A program made the position numbers and the translations under genes. DNA of 64,000 nt from Chrysemys picta bellii (Eukaryota): positions 353,338,001-353,402,000 of the forward strand of contig NC_088791.1 in assembly GCF_011386835.1 (NCBI RefSeq), given 5' to 3'. Below, piece after piece: positions 11,009 to 23,499 of the stretch. Each line of letters begins with the position of its first letter. The first letter of the stretch is position 1. The notes under the pieces were generated by a model. The model was not told where the DNA came from, searched no databases, and saw only the letters and a program-made list of their open reading frames with translations.

Positions 11009-11138
11009 TCACGAGAAGTCCGGTGGCACCTTCAAGACTAACGGATTGAACAGATTCAAATCTGTTAGTCTTTAAGGTGCCACCGGACTCCTCGTTGGTT
11101 TTGTGGATACAGACTAACCCGGCTGCCCCTCGGATAGC
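11009..11138 (+). mobile_element. Short Penelope-derived fold-back insertion with 9-bp TSD (paralog 24883-25012)
   Basis: ~37-bp inverted arms (11011-11047 / 11059-11095), terminal GGATACAGACTAAC…GGCTGC, and TSD AAATAAGAA at 11000-11008 and 11139-11147, inside a CR1 tail. Confidence 0.75.
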
Positions 11139-11147
11139 AAATAAGAA

Positions 11148-12746
11148 CGGCCACACTGACTCACACCAATTCCATCAAGCCCAGTATCCTGACTTGTGAC
11201 AGTGGCCAGGGCCCAGGTGCTTCACAGGGAATGAACAGAACAGGGCAATGATCAATTGATCCATCTCCTGTCGTCTACTTCCAGCTTCTGGTGAGCAGGG
11301 GCTAGGGACATTCAGAGCATGGTTTTCCATCCCTGCCCAACCTGGCTAGTAGCCATTGATGGACCTATCCTCCATGAACGTATCTAGTGCTTTTTTGAAC
11401 CCTGTTATAGTTTTGGCCTTCACAACATCCCCTAGCAATGTGTTCCACAGGTTGTACATTGTGCAAGTACTACTTTCTTATGCTTTTTTTTAAACTTGCT
11501 CCCTATTAATTGAATTGGGTGACCCTCGTCTGTGTGTTATGTGAAGGAGAAAATAACACTTCCATATTTACTTTCCCCACACCAATGATGATTTTATAGA
11601 CCTCTATCATATCCCCCCCTTACTCGTCTCTTTTCTAGGCTGAAAAGTCCCAGTCTTTTTAGTCTCTCCTCATACGGAAGCTGTTCCATACCCCCATTCA
11701 TTTTATTGCCCTTCTCTGTACCTTTTCCAATTCTAATATATCTTTTTTGAGATGAGGCGACCAGAACTGCATGCAGTATTCAAGGTGTGAGTATGCCATG
11801 ATTTATATAGAGGCAATATGATATTTTCTGTCTGATTATTTATCCCTTTCCTAATGGTACCCAATATTCTGTTCACTTTTTTGACTGCCGCTGCACATTG
11901 AGTGGATGTTTTCAGAGAACTAGCCACAATCACTCCAAAATCTCTTTCTTGAGTGATAACAGCTAATTTAGATCCCATCATTTGATATGTATAGTTGAGA
12001 TTATGTTTTCCAATGTGCATTACTTTGCATTTATCAACATTGAATTCCATCTGCCATTGGGTTGCCCAGTCACTCAGTTTTGAGAGATCCCTTTGTAAGT
12101 CTTCACAGTCAGCTTTGGACTTAACTATCTTGAGTAATTTTGTATCATCTGCAAACTTTGCCATATCACTGTTTTCCCCTTTTTTCCAGATCACTTATGA
12201 ATCTGTTGAACAGTAGTGGTCCCAATACAGACCCCTGGTGGACCCCACTATTTACCTCTCTCCCTTCTGAAAATTGACCATTTATTCCTACCCTTTGTTT
12301 TCTGTCCATGTTACTGATCCGTGAGAGGACCTTCCTTCTTGGACCTTGCTTCTTATCCCATGATACCTTTCTTTGCTTAAGAGCCTTTGATGAGGGACCT
12401 TGTCAAACGCTGTCTGAAAGGCCAAGTCCATTATATCCTCTGGATCACCCTTGCCCACATGTGAGTTGATGCCCTCAGAGAATTCTAGTAGATTGGTGAG
12501 GCATGATTTCCCTTTACAAAAGGCATGTTGACACTTCCCCAACAAATCGTGCTCATCTATGTGTCTGAGAATTCTGTTCTTTACTATGGTTTCAACCAAT
12601 TTGCCCAGTACTGAAGTTAGCCTTAGAAGCCTAAAATTGCCAGAATTGCTTCTGGAGCTTTCTTTTAAAAATTGGTGTCACATTAGCTAGCCTCCAGTCA
12701 TTTGGTACAGCAGCTGATTAAAATGATAGGTTACATACTACGGTTA
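11148..12746 (-). mobile_element. 5'-truncated CR1 LINE (RT fragments + 3' UTR)
   Basis: ORFs 11733..12194 (AKFADDTKL…KCKVMHIG) and 12288..12599, ending in an ATAAGAAC tail. Confidence 0.92.
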
Positions 12747-12998
12747 TCCCATGTGACCCGTGACCCCAGATCTACTCTCTAGAGAGACACAGTTACCCTG
12801 TGTCACGCCAGTACAACATGGCTGGCACCCACATGGCCTATTGGATACTCAGTGAGCGTAAAGGGCAGGGGAGCCCACCTGGTGTCCTAGAGACAAGGCA
12901 GATGTGGATGAGCACAAGGCCTTGCGGACCATGGGTCACAGAGTGGGAAGTACAAGTCTGGCTCTCTGGATGGAAGGAAGCCATGAATAGGAACAGCC

Positions 12999-13038
<40 letters not shown>

Positions 13039-14302
13039 GGTACAGAAGTCAGGTGTAAACGGGATTGGCCTTGGAGTGCCCTGTGGATGTGTGGCAGAGG
13101 TGAATTGGAGTGGCACCCATGTTGCATCTTAGGCGCCCTGCATGTGTGTGTGAGCGGCCTTGTGGAATACATGGATCTGGGACACTGCGGGATGGGGGTG
13201 GCCCCTCTATAGCCCTTTCCAAAGCCCACCTTTGAGAACAAGTGTGAGAATTTGGCTGTCTGGATGCACTGCATGTGAGAATGGGTCCCTCACCCCTAGC
13301 ACCCAATGCCTGGGGCACAGGACTAGGCACAGCCCGGCTCTGCAGCCCTTTGTGTGCAGAGCTTCCAAACCCCATTGTAAGATGAGGGTGTAAAATCTTG
13401 TTGTTTATTTATAGTGCCTGGTTCTCCTCCCTTTCCCCCCCCCCCCGCCGCAGGTCCTGGGCAGTGAGAGACACAAACACACAGTAACAAGCAGACCTGC
13501 CCTAACACACACAAACGGGGGGAGGTGAAAGCGAGACTGAGTAGGGAAGAGAGGCACCCAAGGTCACAAAGCCAGTCACTGGCTGGGCTGTGATGTAGAA
13601 CCCAGATCTCCGGGATCCCAGTCCAGTGTCCGGTGTCTGCTGCAAAGCAGCCTCCCAAAACCATCACTTTCCCCAGCTCTCCGCAGGCACCACCAGCTCA
13701 TTGGTTAAACCTTTCTATCTCCGTCCAATGACATGGTAGCGAGGGACTAGCATAGAGGGTCGCTGCCAATGCACCTCGCACAGGACTGAGGCTGTGACCG
13801 TCCCTGAGCCAGGCTGGACATGTTTACTGGTTAGTTCTTCCAGCCCTTCCTTGGCTCTGCACCAGAGCAGTGTCCGGAGGGGCTCTCAGCCCTCGGCACC
13901 GGCTTATCAGCGCTCCAGCCCATGCTATCGCTGCCTCCGGCCAGGGATCACTAGGTTGAAAACTATCAGGCCCACAGAGCAGGCAGCCACCGTCTGGCCC
14001 TGAACGTGTTGTAATTAACACCAGGTGGGGAGTTGACGCCAAAGGGCAGCATCTTTCAACTTAAATACCTGCGGGGGAGAGTGCTGCCCACTGGATGTTA
14101 GTTTATGTGTGTAATACACGGTCCTGATTTCTTAAATGTTAACAGCCCGGCCCATGTTAGATTGACAGTCACGGAGAAGCAGCCATGCACTGACTGCGGT
14201 ACTGCAGGGGGAAAGACCACGTATGAATCTGCTGCTGGAACTGCCAGTGTGGTCTTGTCGTATTATTACAGTAGCAAGTTCCTGACATGAATACCCCCAA
14301 CG

Positions 14303-15226
14303 TCAGTGCCATGGTTGCGATGGGGGTGTGGAACTCTGTGGACCAAACTGAGAGCCCCAAGGGTTCGGTAAAGGGTCTCTGTTTTCTGTGGGGGACGGTT
14401 GGCTGAGCCCCGATGTGGGCGGCTTGTTCCGGGGTGGGTCACTCCCACACTGCGCCTCTGGTCCATTCAGCGTTGGCTTATGAGTATCAGGGAGCATTTG
14501 CCACAAGACTTTGTCTCCACCCAGCAGCACAGTCTGGGTCCTGTTTGTCAGTATTTCCTGTATCATCGCTGGGTTCCTAATGAACTCGATCATTTCTCGC
14601 AGGAGGGCTGGGTCGTTCCAGATGTGTCTGACCTCTGGATTCTGCTGCACAAACTGCTGGAACAGGGGGTGTTCCCTTAAGAACCGTGTTATCAGGTCGG
14701 TGTTTGACAGCATTCTCTGGAAAAAGGGATTTTCCAGAGTCTGTAGCATCATCTCGGGGTTGATCACCTGCAGCTGCTGGAGCTCATTTAGGACACCTAA
14801 AATGCTGGGTGCGTTCCCACCTAGCACGCTCAGATCTGCCAGGCCAGCTGAGCCAGGAGCGCCTCTGCCCAGGGACGTGCCATTGGGTGGTGCAGGGAGG
14901 GTGGCAGCATGCGTGCTGGCGTTCGTTTGCTGAGCTTCCTGGTCCTCTGCTCTCGTTTGTGGCCTGATGACGAGGTGGATGGTGAATCCATCATGGATCC
15001 CAGCCTGGCTGAGAGTATCTCGGTCGGTCACAATCTTCCCAGCAAAGATCAAGAGGAGCAGGTTGGTGGGAGCACGGAAGCGCTTGGCGATTTTGCCCCA
15101 AAAGTCGGCGATGGTGCTGTTCTCCCACACGGCAAACTCCTCCCTTTCCTTGAGGGTCTTCACCGTCACTTTGATGATCTGGGGCTCTGCAGGGTTGCCG
15201 CCAGAGCCCTGTCCCTTTCCAGCCAT
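14303..15226 (-). CDS. Intronless ubiquilin-like protein, 3'-truncated, no UBA; copy 2 (307 aa; possibly a pseudogene)
   Basis: Same UBL/STI1/ENRDPLPNPW architecture as copy 1. A 1-nt indel near 14327-14331 shifts the frame to a TGA at 14303-14305, ~35 nt before the junction. Confidence 0.83.
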   Translation of the reverse strand: MAGKGQGSGGNPAEPQIIKVTVKTLKEREEFAVWENSTIADFWGKIAKRFRAPTNLLLLIFAGKIVTDRDTLSQAGIHDGFTIHLVIRPQTRAEDQEAQQTNASTHAATLPAPPNGTSLGRGAPGSAGLADLSVLGGNAPSILGVLNELQQLQVINPEMMLQTLENPFFQRMLSNTDLITRFLREHPLFQQFVQQNPEVRHIWNDPALLREMIEFIRNPAMIQEILTNRTQTVLLGGDKVLWQMLPDTHKPTLNGPEAQCGSDPPRNKPPTSGLSQPSPTENRDPLPNPWGSQFGPQSSTPPSQPWH

Positions 15227-15596
15227 GGCTAACACGATGCTGGTCCCTTCCCGAAAAGCAGAGAGACCAGAGACTTCGAGGGGCTGGGGATGTCTAGAGA
15301 CCAAATCCAGAGCACTCATGTCAGCTGGTGCACATCCCCAGGCTGCTCCCCTGCTCACAGCTTCCTAACCTCCTGGCTTGCCCGGGTGGACTGTGACATC
15401 CCTGCTGATGTCACTGTGAGCAAGAAACCACATGGACACCTGCCTTATTCCCCGTGCAGCAAGTAGTGCCCGGGTGGGGCACAAGGACCATCCCCCAATG
15501 TCGATACCATGAACAACTAATGCGAGCTGGGAAGCAAATGCTCCCGTGCAGTTAAGGAGAAGTCAAATCTTCGGGTAAGAAGCATCTAATATGAAG

Positions 15597-15768
15597 AAAT
15601 GTACCTATCTCATAGAACTGGAAGGGACCTTGTAATGCCATCGAGTTCAGTCTCCTGCCTTCACAGCAGGACCAAGTACTGTCCCTAAATCCCTAAATGA
15701 CTCCCTGAAGGATTGAACTCACAACCCTGGGTTAAGCAGGCCAATGTTCAAACCGCTGAGCTATCCCT
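15597..15768 (-). mobile_element. Tortoise polIII/SINE (unit 2 paralog)
   Basis: Paralog of 3275-3446. Confidence 0.85.
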
Positions 15769-15771
15769 GCA

Positions 15772-16520
15772 GCAAAGGGGGGCAATCCCCTACTGGGGAC
15801 CCACCTTCCTGATGATGTCATGGTCTCCTCTCAGACTGACGACACCCCTCCGAGGCAGGAACCCCAGTTATTAGGACGAGACAGGTAATAGTAATGGGGG
15901 ATTTCATTATTAGAAATATAGATAGTTGGGTTTGTGATGGCTGGGAGAACCATACGGTGAACTGCCTGCTAGGTACAAAGGTAGTGGATCTCATGAGACA
16001 TCTAGATAACCTTACAGGTAGTGCTGGGGAGGAGCCGGTGGTCGTGGTATATGTAGGTACCGGTGACATAGGGATAGGTAGAAGAGAGGTCCTGGAGGGC
16101 AAACGTAGCCTGCTAGGTAAGAGACTGAAGTCCAGGACCTCCGTGGGAACATTCTCTGAAATGCTCCCGGTTCCATGCGCAGGGCCAGTCAGACAGGCAG
16201 AGGTGCAGTGTCTCAATGCGAGGATGAGACAGTGGTGTGGGGAGGAGGGATTTAGGGTTATTAGGAACTGGGGAACCTTTTGGAGAAGGAGTGGTCTAGA
16301 CAGGAGGGATGAGCTCCATTTGCACCAAAAACAGAACCAGATTGCTGGCATGCAACATTCAAAAGGTTGTACGATTGCTCTCTAAAATATATCAGAGGGA
16401 CAAATACCAGGGAGGAAGAGGAGTTATTGAATGTGGACACAAGAACAAATGGATACAAACAGGCCATCAACAAGTTTAGGCTTGAAATTAGAGGAAGGTT
16501 GCTGACCATGAGAGGAGTTG
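15772..16520 (+). mobile_element. Internally deleted CR1 with ORF1 esterase remnant (163-aa open frame 15894..16385)
   Basis: Paralog of 3450-4198; lacks the internal TAG found in copy 1. Confidence 0.75.
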
Positions 16521-17386
16521 ATGGTTAGAGCTCCAACCATTTACCCTTCCCTCCGCCTCCCAGAGGGGCCTGTCTTCACACTGAAGACAGGCCCCTCTGG
16601 GAGGCTGAGGAGTTTGGTGCCCGTTATGTGACGTGCCCTGGAGGCAAGGCAGCACTGCGGGTTTGTAATGCCCCTCTTGCTGCATTTCAGTCACCAAGGA
16701 AACTAACTGTTAAAAAAAAATGAATCTGACCCATGTGTTCCCCGCCCCTCCCCGTGCTGCTGGAATCCGTAATTCCCTGTTATTGGGCCAACGCCAAAGT
16801 GCCCGAGGGAAGAGTCAGTCAAGCCTAAAGCCTGGTAACGCGCGTGTGTCAAGTGAGCTGTGTGCACGACTGGCTGCAGGATTGGGGCCAATGGCATAGC
16901 TTGAGGATTCGCCCTCTTGCAGGCCTTGATCCATCAGTGAACAGCGGCTGTGTCATTAGGTCTGTTCACAGTCAAACCCGGCAGCTTTTCTATGGGCCGT
17001 GGACTGACTGCTGCTCTCGGGTACACCCACTGACCCGCAACTGAAGGCAACTGTCTGGCTAATTGATCGAATATATCAGCACTTCCATGGGGCTCTCATC
17101 CACCTCGACATGTCCCCCTGCAGCCTGGGTCCTGCTGCTTCCCCACACAGCCCAGCTGAAATGAGCCAGGCAGCTCCCCATGACCCAGGCTGACGCTGCT
17201 AGTTAAAATGTTAATAACTTTTCAAACACGAGTCTAGGCTGGGCAGTAAATCTCAGCGAGCCGCTCCAGCGACCCAGGAGTTCTCTCTCTGCTACACATG
17301 GCAAGAAGCCATTCCAAGAATGTCCTGACCTTATCAGCGATTCGCTTGGGTCTGGATTCTGCAGTCCTTGCTCGGGCATAGCTTAT

Positions 17387-18966
17387 CATAGAATCATAGA
17401 ATCATAGATTATAGGACTGGAAGGGACCTCGAGAGGTCATCGAGTCCAGTCCCCTGCCCGCATGGCAGGACCAAATACTGTCTAGACCATCCCTGATAGA
17501 CATTTATCTAACCTACTCTTAAATATCTCCAGAGACGGAGATTCCACAACCTCCCTAGGCAATTTGTTCCAGTGTTTAACCACCCTGACAGTTAGGAACT
17601 TTTTCCTAATGTCCAACCTAGACCTCCCTTGCTGCAGTTTAAACCCATTGTTTCTGGTTCTATCCTTAGAGGCTAAGGTGAACAAGTTCTCTCCCTCCTC
17701 CTCATGACACCCTGAAAACTGCTATCATGTCCCCTCTCAGTCTTCTCTTCTCCAAACTAAACAAACCCAGTTCTTTCAGCCTTCCTTCATAGGTCATGTT
17801 CTCAAGACCTTTAATCATTCTTGTTGCTCTTCTTTGGACCCTTTCCAATTTCTCCACATCTTTTTTAAAATGCGGCGCCCAGAACTGGACACAATACTCC
17901 AGCTGAGGCCTAACCAGAGCAGAGTAGAGCGGAAGAATGACTTCTCGTGTCTTGCTCACAACACACCTGCTAATGCATCCCAGAATCATGTTTGCTTTTT
18001 TTGCAACAGCATCACACTGTTGACTCATATTTAGCTTGTGGTCCACTATAACCCCTAGATCCCTTTCTGCCGTACTCCTTCCTAGACAGTCTTTTCCCAT
18101 TCTGTATGTGTGAAATTGATTTTTCCTTCCTAAGTGGAGCACTTTGCATTTGTCTTTGTTAAACTTCATCCTGTTTAACTCAGACCATTTCTCCAATTTG
18201 TCCAGATCATTTTGAATTATGACCCTGTCCTCCAAAGTAGTTGCAATCCCTCCCAGTTTGGTATCATCCGCAAACTTAATAAGCGTACTTTCTATGCCAA
18301 TATCTAAGTCGTTGATGAAGATATTGAACAGAGCCGGTCCCAAAACAGACCCCTGCGGAACCCCACTCGTTACGCCTTTCCAGCAGGATTGGGAACCATT
18401 AATAACAACTCTCTGTGTACGGTTATCCAGCCAGTTATGCACCCACCTTATAGTAGCCCCATCTAATTTGTATTTGCCTAGTTTATCAATAAGAATATCA
18501 TGCGAGACCGTATCAAATGCCTTACTAAAGTCTAGGTATACCACATCCACCGCTTCACCCTTATCCACAAGGCTCGTTATTCTATCAAAGAAAGCTATCA
18601 GATTGGTTTGACATGATTTGTTCTTCACAAATCCATGCTGGCTGTTCCCTATCACCTTACCACCTTCCAAGTGTTTGCAGATGATTTCCTTAATTACTTG
18701 CTCCATTATCTTCCCTGGCACAGAAGTTAAACTAACTGGTCTGTAGTTACCTGGGTTGTTTTTATTTCCCTTTTTATAGATGGGCACTATATTTGCCCTT
18801 TTCCAGTCTTCTGGAATCTCTCCCGTCTCCCATGACTTTCCAAAGATAATAGCTAGAGGCTCAGATACCTCCTCTATTAGCTCCTTGAGTATTCTAGGAT
18901 GCATTTCATCAGGCCCGGGTGACTTGCAGGCATCTAACTTTTCTAAGTGATTTTTAACTTGTTCTT
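17387..18966 (-). mobile_element. Young 5'-truncated CR1 LINE with a 400-aa open RT frame
   Basis: ORF 17702..18904 contains [31 protein letters not shown] and FADD. It has a (CATAGAAT)n tail and a 4-bp TSD TTAT (17383-17386 / 18967-18970). The paralogous site at ~5058 is empty. Confidence 0.96.
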
Positions 18967-20350
18967 TTATGCTGACAGCAGGTCAATATGAATCCGAAGG
19001 GGGGGTGCTCTTGCTCTTTGGGGATGGGCTGGGTTTTCCTAACCCCGAGACAGCGGATATTAAGTCGAGTAAATAAACGTAAGTTCCTGAGGATGTTTCA
19101 TAGTTTCATAGATGTAGACTTGACCTTCTCCATGGCACAGGCCAGAGAACCTCACCCAGGTACCTCTCTACTGACCCCCAAAACTTTAGTTAGAGCAAAG
19201 CATTTCAGCCGGCAGGCAGAGAACAGGAGGGACCGAGGGGCCCCCAATGCCTGAGGCCCTTGCAGTGGCAGGGGATTGATCGGGTGAGACATGCCCCGGT
19301 GATCCCAGCAGGTGACCCACATCCCAGGCTGCAGAAGAAGGCAAAAAACCCCATGGTCCCTGCCAGTCTGGCCAGTGGGAAATCCCTTCACTATCACAAA
19401 TCTGGTGACCTTTTCGCCGTGAGCCAGACCCACCAGCCAGGCCGCTAGGAAGAGGGTTCTCTGTTCCACCTGAGAGCCCCGGTCCACTGGTCGAACCGGA
19501 TGAAGCACGGAACTTGTCCACATTGGGCGCCATTAGAGGTGGAGGAGGCCCTTGCCTGAGCAGGGGAAACGTCCCCTTTGCATTAATAAACCCGGGCGGG
19601 GGAATATTTATCTCTCATTAGCCCCAGCCCCACAGCGGGTCACAATCCATTTCTTCATTCAGTGTTTACAGCTTGCCAGAGCATTGGGAGGCAGAGTCCC
19701 CATCACCACTCTGCAGCACTGTCCTCGCCTTTCCACTGCTCTTGCCAGTCCCTCAGTCCCAGCAATGGCAACTTTCACAGTGCCTGCATAAGAACAGCCA
19801 GACTGATTCAGACCAATGCCATCCAGCCCAGTCTCCTGTCTTCCGACAGTGGCCAGTGCCAGGGGCCCAGAGGGAATGAACCGAACAGGGAATCACCAAG
19901 TGATCCATCCCCTGTCGTCCATTCCCAGCTTCTGGCCAACAGAGGCTAGGGACACTGAAGGAACAGACATGGACACCATGTAGAGTAGGGACGACAAATA
20001 CAATTTACATCATGGGCCCATTGTATTGCAAAGTATTTCTGTCCATCGTCTTATTCCTCAAAGCTGTTTATCTGTTCTGGAATATACATAGCCAAGCAAA
20101 GTGCGGTCGCACATGTAAAGCAATGGCACGTCTCTGTTTATTTGTCTGTCTGTAACGCGATGACGTTTGAATGCTGCAGCCGATCAATTACAAAATTTCA
20201 GGGAATGTTCTAGCCATCAGCGGGTGCAGCCCTGTGGATCAATCAGCAATCAGCAAAACAGAAAAGGAGAACAGGGGAACACAAGGAGGAGTCCTTGGCA
20301 TCTGGTTAGCAGAACCGGCAGCTTCAGCCACCTCAGAATTGGCTCTAGAT

Positions 20351-20649
20351 CAGGAGTAGCCAACCTATGGCACGTGTGCCGAAGGCGGCACGCGAGCTGA
20401 TTTTCAGTGGCACTCACACTGCCCGGGTCCTTGCCACCGGTCCGGGGGGCTCTGCATTTTAATTTAATTTTAAATGAAGCTTCTTAAACATTTTAAAAAC
20501 CTTATTTACTTTACATACAACAATAGTTCTAGACTTATAGAAAGAGACTTTCTAAAAACATTAAAATGTATTACTGGCACGCAAAGCTTTAAATTAGAGT
20601 GAATAAATGAAGACTCGGCACACCACTTCTGAAAGGTTGCCGACCCCTG
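20351..20649. mobile_element. hAT-type MITE, unit 2 paralog, perfect 8-bp TSD CTCTAGAT
   Basis: TSD at 20343-20350 and 20650-20657; TIRs as at 6442. Confidence 0.87.
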
Positions 20650-21382
20650 CTCTAGATCAAAGCAGTGGTTGATGGGAGCCATACACACCTCCTAGCATAA
20701 CAACTGCCTCCCTTCTCAGCTCGGGCCATCCAAAGCAGTTTCAAATGTCGCCCCTTTGGAAGACTTCTCTGCCAGACAGAGAGAAGAGAACTGAAAATGC
20801 GGAAGGGGAGGAATGGGGAGGGGGATTTGCATGAATTCCCTTAAAGAGGGGGTGGTACATAATGAGCTTGTGGGGTGCAAAAGAAGGACACCTGGAGCCC
20901 CTGGTGTGTGCAAGTTGCTCAATTTGCAGATGTAAAAAAGTGCACGGCCTCCCCCCAGTTACAACTATTGTTAATCTACTGCTTTGAGATAGTGCTGGCC
21001 CCGTCGCAAACAGGACAGACAGACGCCCCTGCTGCAGATCTGAATCGATTTACACCAGAAAGTTATAGATTTGAGAGGGGTCTTTCCTTCTCCCTATGTA
21101 CATTTTGTATTGAGGTGCCGGGCACTGCACACACCCACTGGAAGCCACAGCCCCTGCCTCAAAAGACTGATGGACTTTGATTGTCTTTAACATCTGAAAT
21201 TGTAATTTAAAATCATAAGACGAGATAACAGAATCTTTTGCAGGCAACTGCCTATACACAGTTTGAATTGTTCTAGTGTTTTATGGTTGGAGGGTTTGAA
21301 TGTCCTCTGAGAAGATATGACATTCAGTCAACAAGCTATTCAAAACTCGTCCAACAAAACCATATCCCACACAACTCCCAGT

Positions 21383-22327
21383 TCAGAGAAAGTCTCTGGA
21401 GAATATTCGGGAGATCCCCTTGCGAATCTCCTTCGTCTTCACGCTGTAAACAATTGGGTTTAACACAGGGGGGACAAAGAGGCAGGCATAGGACAGAAGA
21501 ATTTGCACAAGACGAGGGGCACTTTTCCCGAACCTGTGCATAACAGCAACAGCAATTATTGGGACATAAAAGAGTAAGACGGCGCAGATGTGCGAGACAC
21601 AGGTGTTCAGGGCCGTGAGGCGCTGTTCATAGGATGCAATATTAAAAACAGTCCTTAGAATCTTAACGTACGATAGGATGATGAACACTGAGTCTAAGCC
21701 ATAAGTGACGAGGGTGGCAAACAATCCGTAGATGTTATTGACGGTTGTGTCCGCACATGCCAGTCTCATCATGTCTGAGTGCAAGCAGTAGGCATGGGAG
21801 AGGACATTGCCTTTGCAGATTGGCAGCCGTTTAATCAGAAAGGGGAAAGGGAGGAGCATGCTGGTACTTTTAATCACAATGGCCAGCCCGATTCTCACGA
21901 TCCTGGGGTTGGTCAAGATGGCCGCGTAGCGCAGCGGGTCGCAGATGGCGACAAAGCGATCGAACGACATGGCCAGTAAAATCCCCGACTCCATGAAGGA
22001 AAAGGAGTGAATGAAAAACATCTGAGCCAGGCAGGCGTCGAACGCAACGTCTGTGACATCGAAGCAGAAGATGCCGAGCACCGTAGGCAGGGTCGACAGA
22101 GACATACCGAGGTCGTTGACTGACAGCATGCACAGGAACAAATACATGGGCTGATGGAGACGCCGCTCTGCCCAGATAATGCAGAGGACAGTGCAATTCC
22201 CTACAATGGCGGTGATGTAGACCACACAGAAAGGGATCGAGATCCAGTGGTGAGCAGCTTCCTGGCCTGGGAAGCCGGTCAGTTGAAATGTGGCAGGATG
22301 GAAGCTGGTGCTATTGAAATCCACCAT
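21383..22327 (-). CDS. Class I olfactory receptor, OR51 family, copy 2 (314 aa, intact)
   Basis: 8 amino-acid differences from 7485..8429; all OR motifs intact. Confidence 0.97.
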   Translation of the reverse strand: MVDFNSTSFHPATFQLTGFPGQEAAHHWISIPFCVVYITAIVGNCTVLCIIWAERRLHQPMYLFLCMLSVNDLGMSLSTLPTVLGIFCFDVTDVAFDACLAQMFFIHSFSFMESGILLAMSFDRFVAICDPLRYAAILTNPRIVRIGLAIVIKSTSMLLPFPFLIKRLPICKGNVLSHAYCLHSDMMRLACADTTVNNIYGLFATLVTYGLDSVFIILSYVKILRTVFNIASYEQRLTALNTCVSHICAVLLFYVPIIAVAVMHRFGKSAPRLVQILLSYACLFVPPVLNPIVYSVKTKEIRKGISRIFSRDFL

Positions 22328-23499
22328 GATGAGCAGTCGCTGTCTCGGTCAGCTCCAACCCCCTGTGTAAATGCAAAATGAACCTGAGAGTTACCCGGAG
22401 GCCAGGTGACCGGGAAGGGAGCTGCAGTTCAGCATTGACTTGCAGAATCCCAGTGTACAAGGGCCCTCTCCTGCAAGCCTGGAGCTGCTCTCCCCAGGGA
22501 AATCAAGGAGGAGTTGTTCTGAATCCAGCCAGAGCCAGGGTCCAAGAATTCATTCCCAGCCCTAGCTCGTTCAAAGGGAACCAAGAGATTCTGCTCCCAC
22601 AGTTCCGCTGTCCACAGTTCTAGAACGTTCCTCAGGAAGGAGGTTGGTGAATTGGTCACATTCAGAGGAGAAGTAAGGGGCACATTGTTAACAGCAAGGG
22701 AAATTAACCCTTCGCAAGGGCAGCTGTGAATTCCCCGTCACTGGCAACGGAGACTGCTCTAGTCACACAGGAATGAATTCAGGGCAGGTCTCTGGCCTGT
22801 GCAATGCAGCTGATCAGACTGGTCCCTTCTGGCCATAAATCTATGAAGCTGGGCCAGCCTGCGAATACGTCCTCTCCACCTCCCGTCCCTCTCATGCCGC
22901 CCTCCCCCAGACAGCAGCGGGACGGCTGGAAACCTGCGCGCCGGCTCTGACTCTGGCCCATTGCGAAGTGTGGCAAGGCCACGACCCCTCCGTGCGTCTG
23001 AGCCCGGCCTCCCAGCTGGGCGCTGGGACTTCCCGCCTCGGACAGGGATGCCGCTAAAAGCAGAATCGGGACCTGCGTTTAACTGTGCTCTGCATTACGC
23101 CCTACGACCCCCAGCCCTCTTAGACTCTTTGAGGCGGGGAAAGGACAGATTGATTATTGCTCATGAATGTTAATGTGATCCGCAGCCCCAGGTGCACATC
23201 AGCACTTTACACAGGATGAAAGGGACAGGCCCCAGCCATGAGAACACACAGGTTGCAGGGTGGCCCCTGTGCTCCCCTACACACCGGCTGTGCAGTGCTG
23301 TGGAGCTCAGTAGGGCTGGACAGCCCATAAACCTGGGCAGGATTTGTCCCTAAGGCTACATCTGTGCTGCAGGCCAGGGGGGTGAATCCCCGGCTCATGG
23401 ACCCGCCCGTGCTAGCTTCCATCCAGCTGGAGCGAGGGGCCGGCGGCAGGGGCAGGGCTGAGCTGAGCTGTGCCGAATACAAACCGACCTGCAACCATG

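Larger units (their letters stand above)
1948..14268. repeat. Tandem segmental duplication unit 1 (~12.3 kb: ubiquilin-like + OR51 + repeats)
   Basis: Collinear, high identity to 14269-26129. The junction is defined by the point where 26130 onward stops matching (…GTATTATTA|CAG vs …GTATTATTA|TTG). Confidence 0.9.

Noticed and set aside
15227-15358. 44-aa N-terminal extension (MSRGAA…) of ubiquilin copy 2 in the ORF track
   Set aside because: It starts at a non-ATG codon, and copy 1 has an in-frame TAA in the same stretch. The GCCATGG ATG is the credible start.
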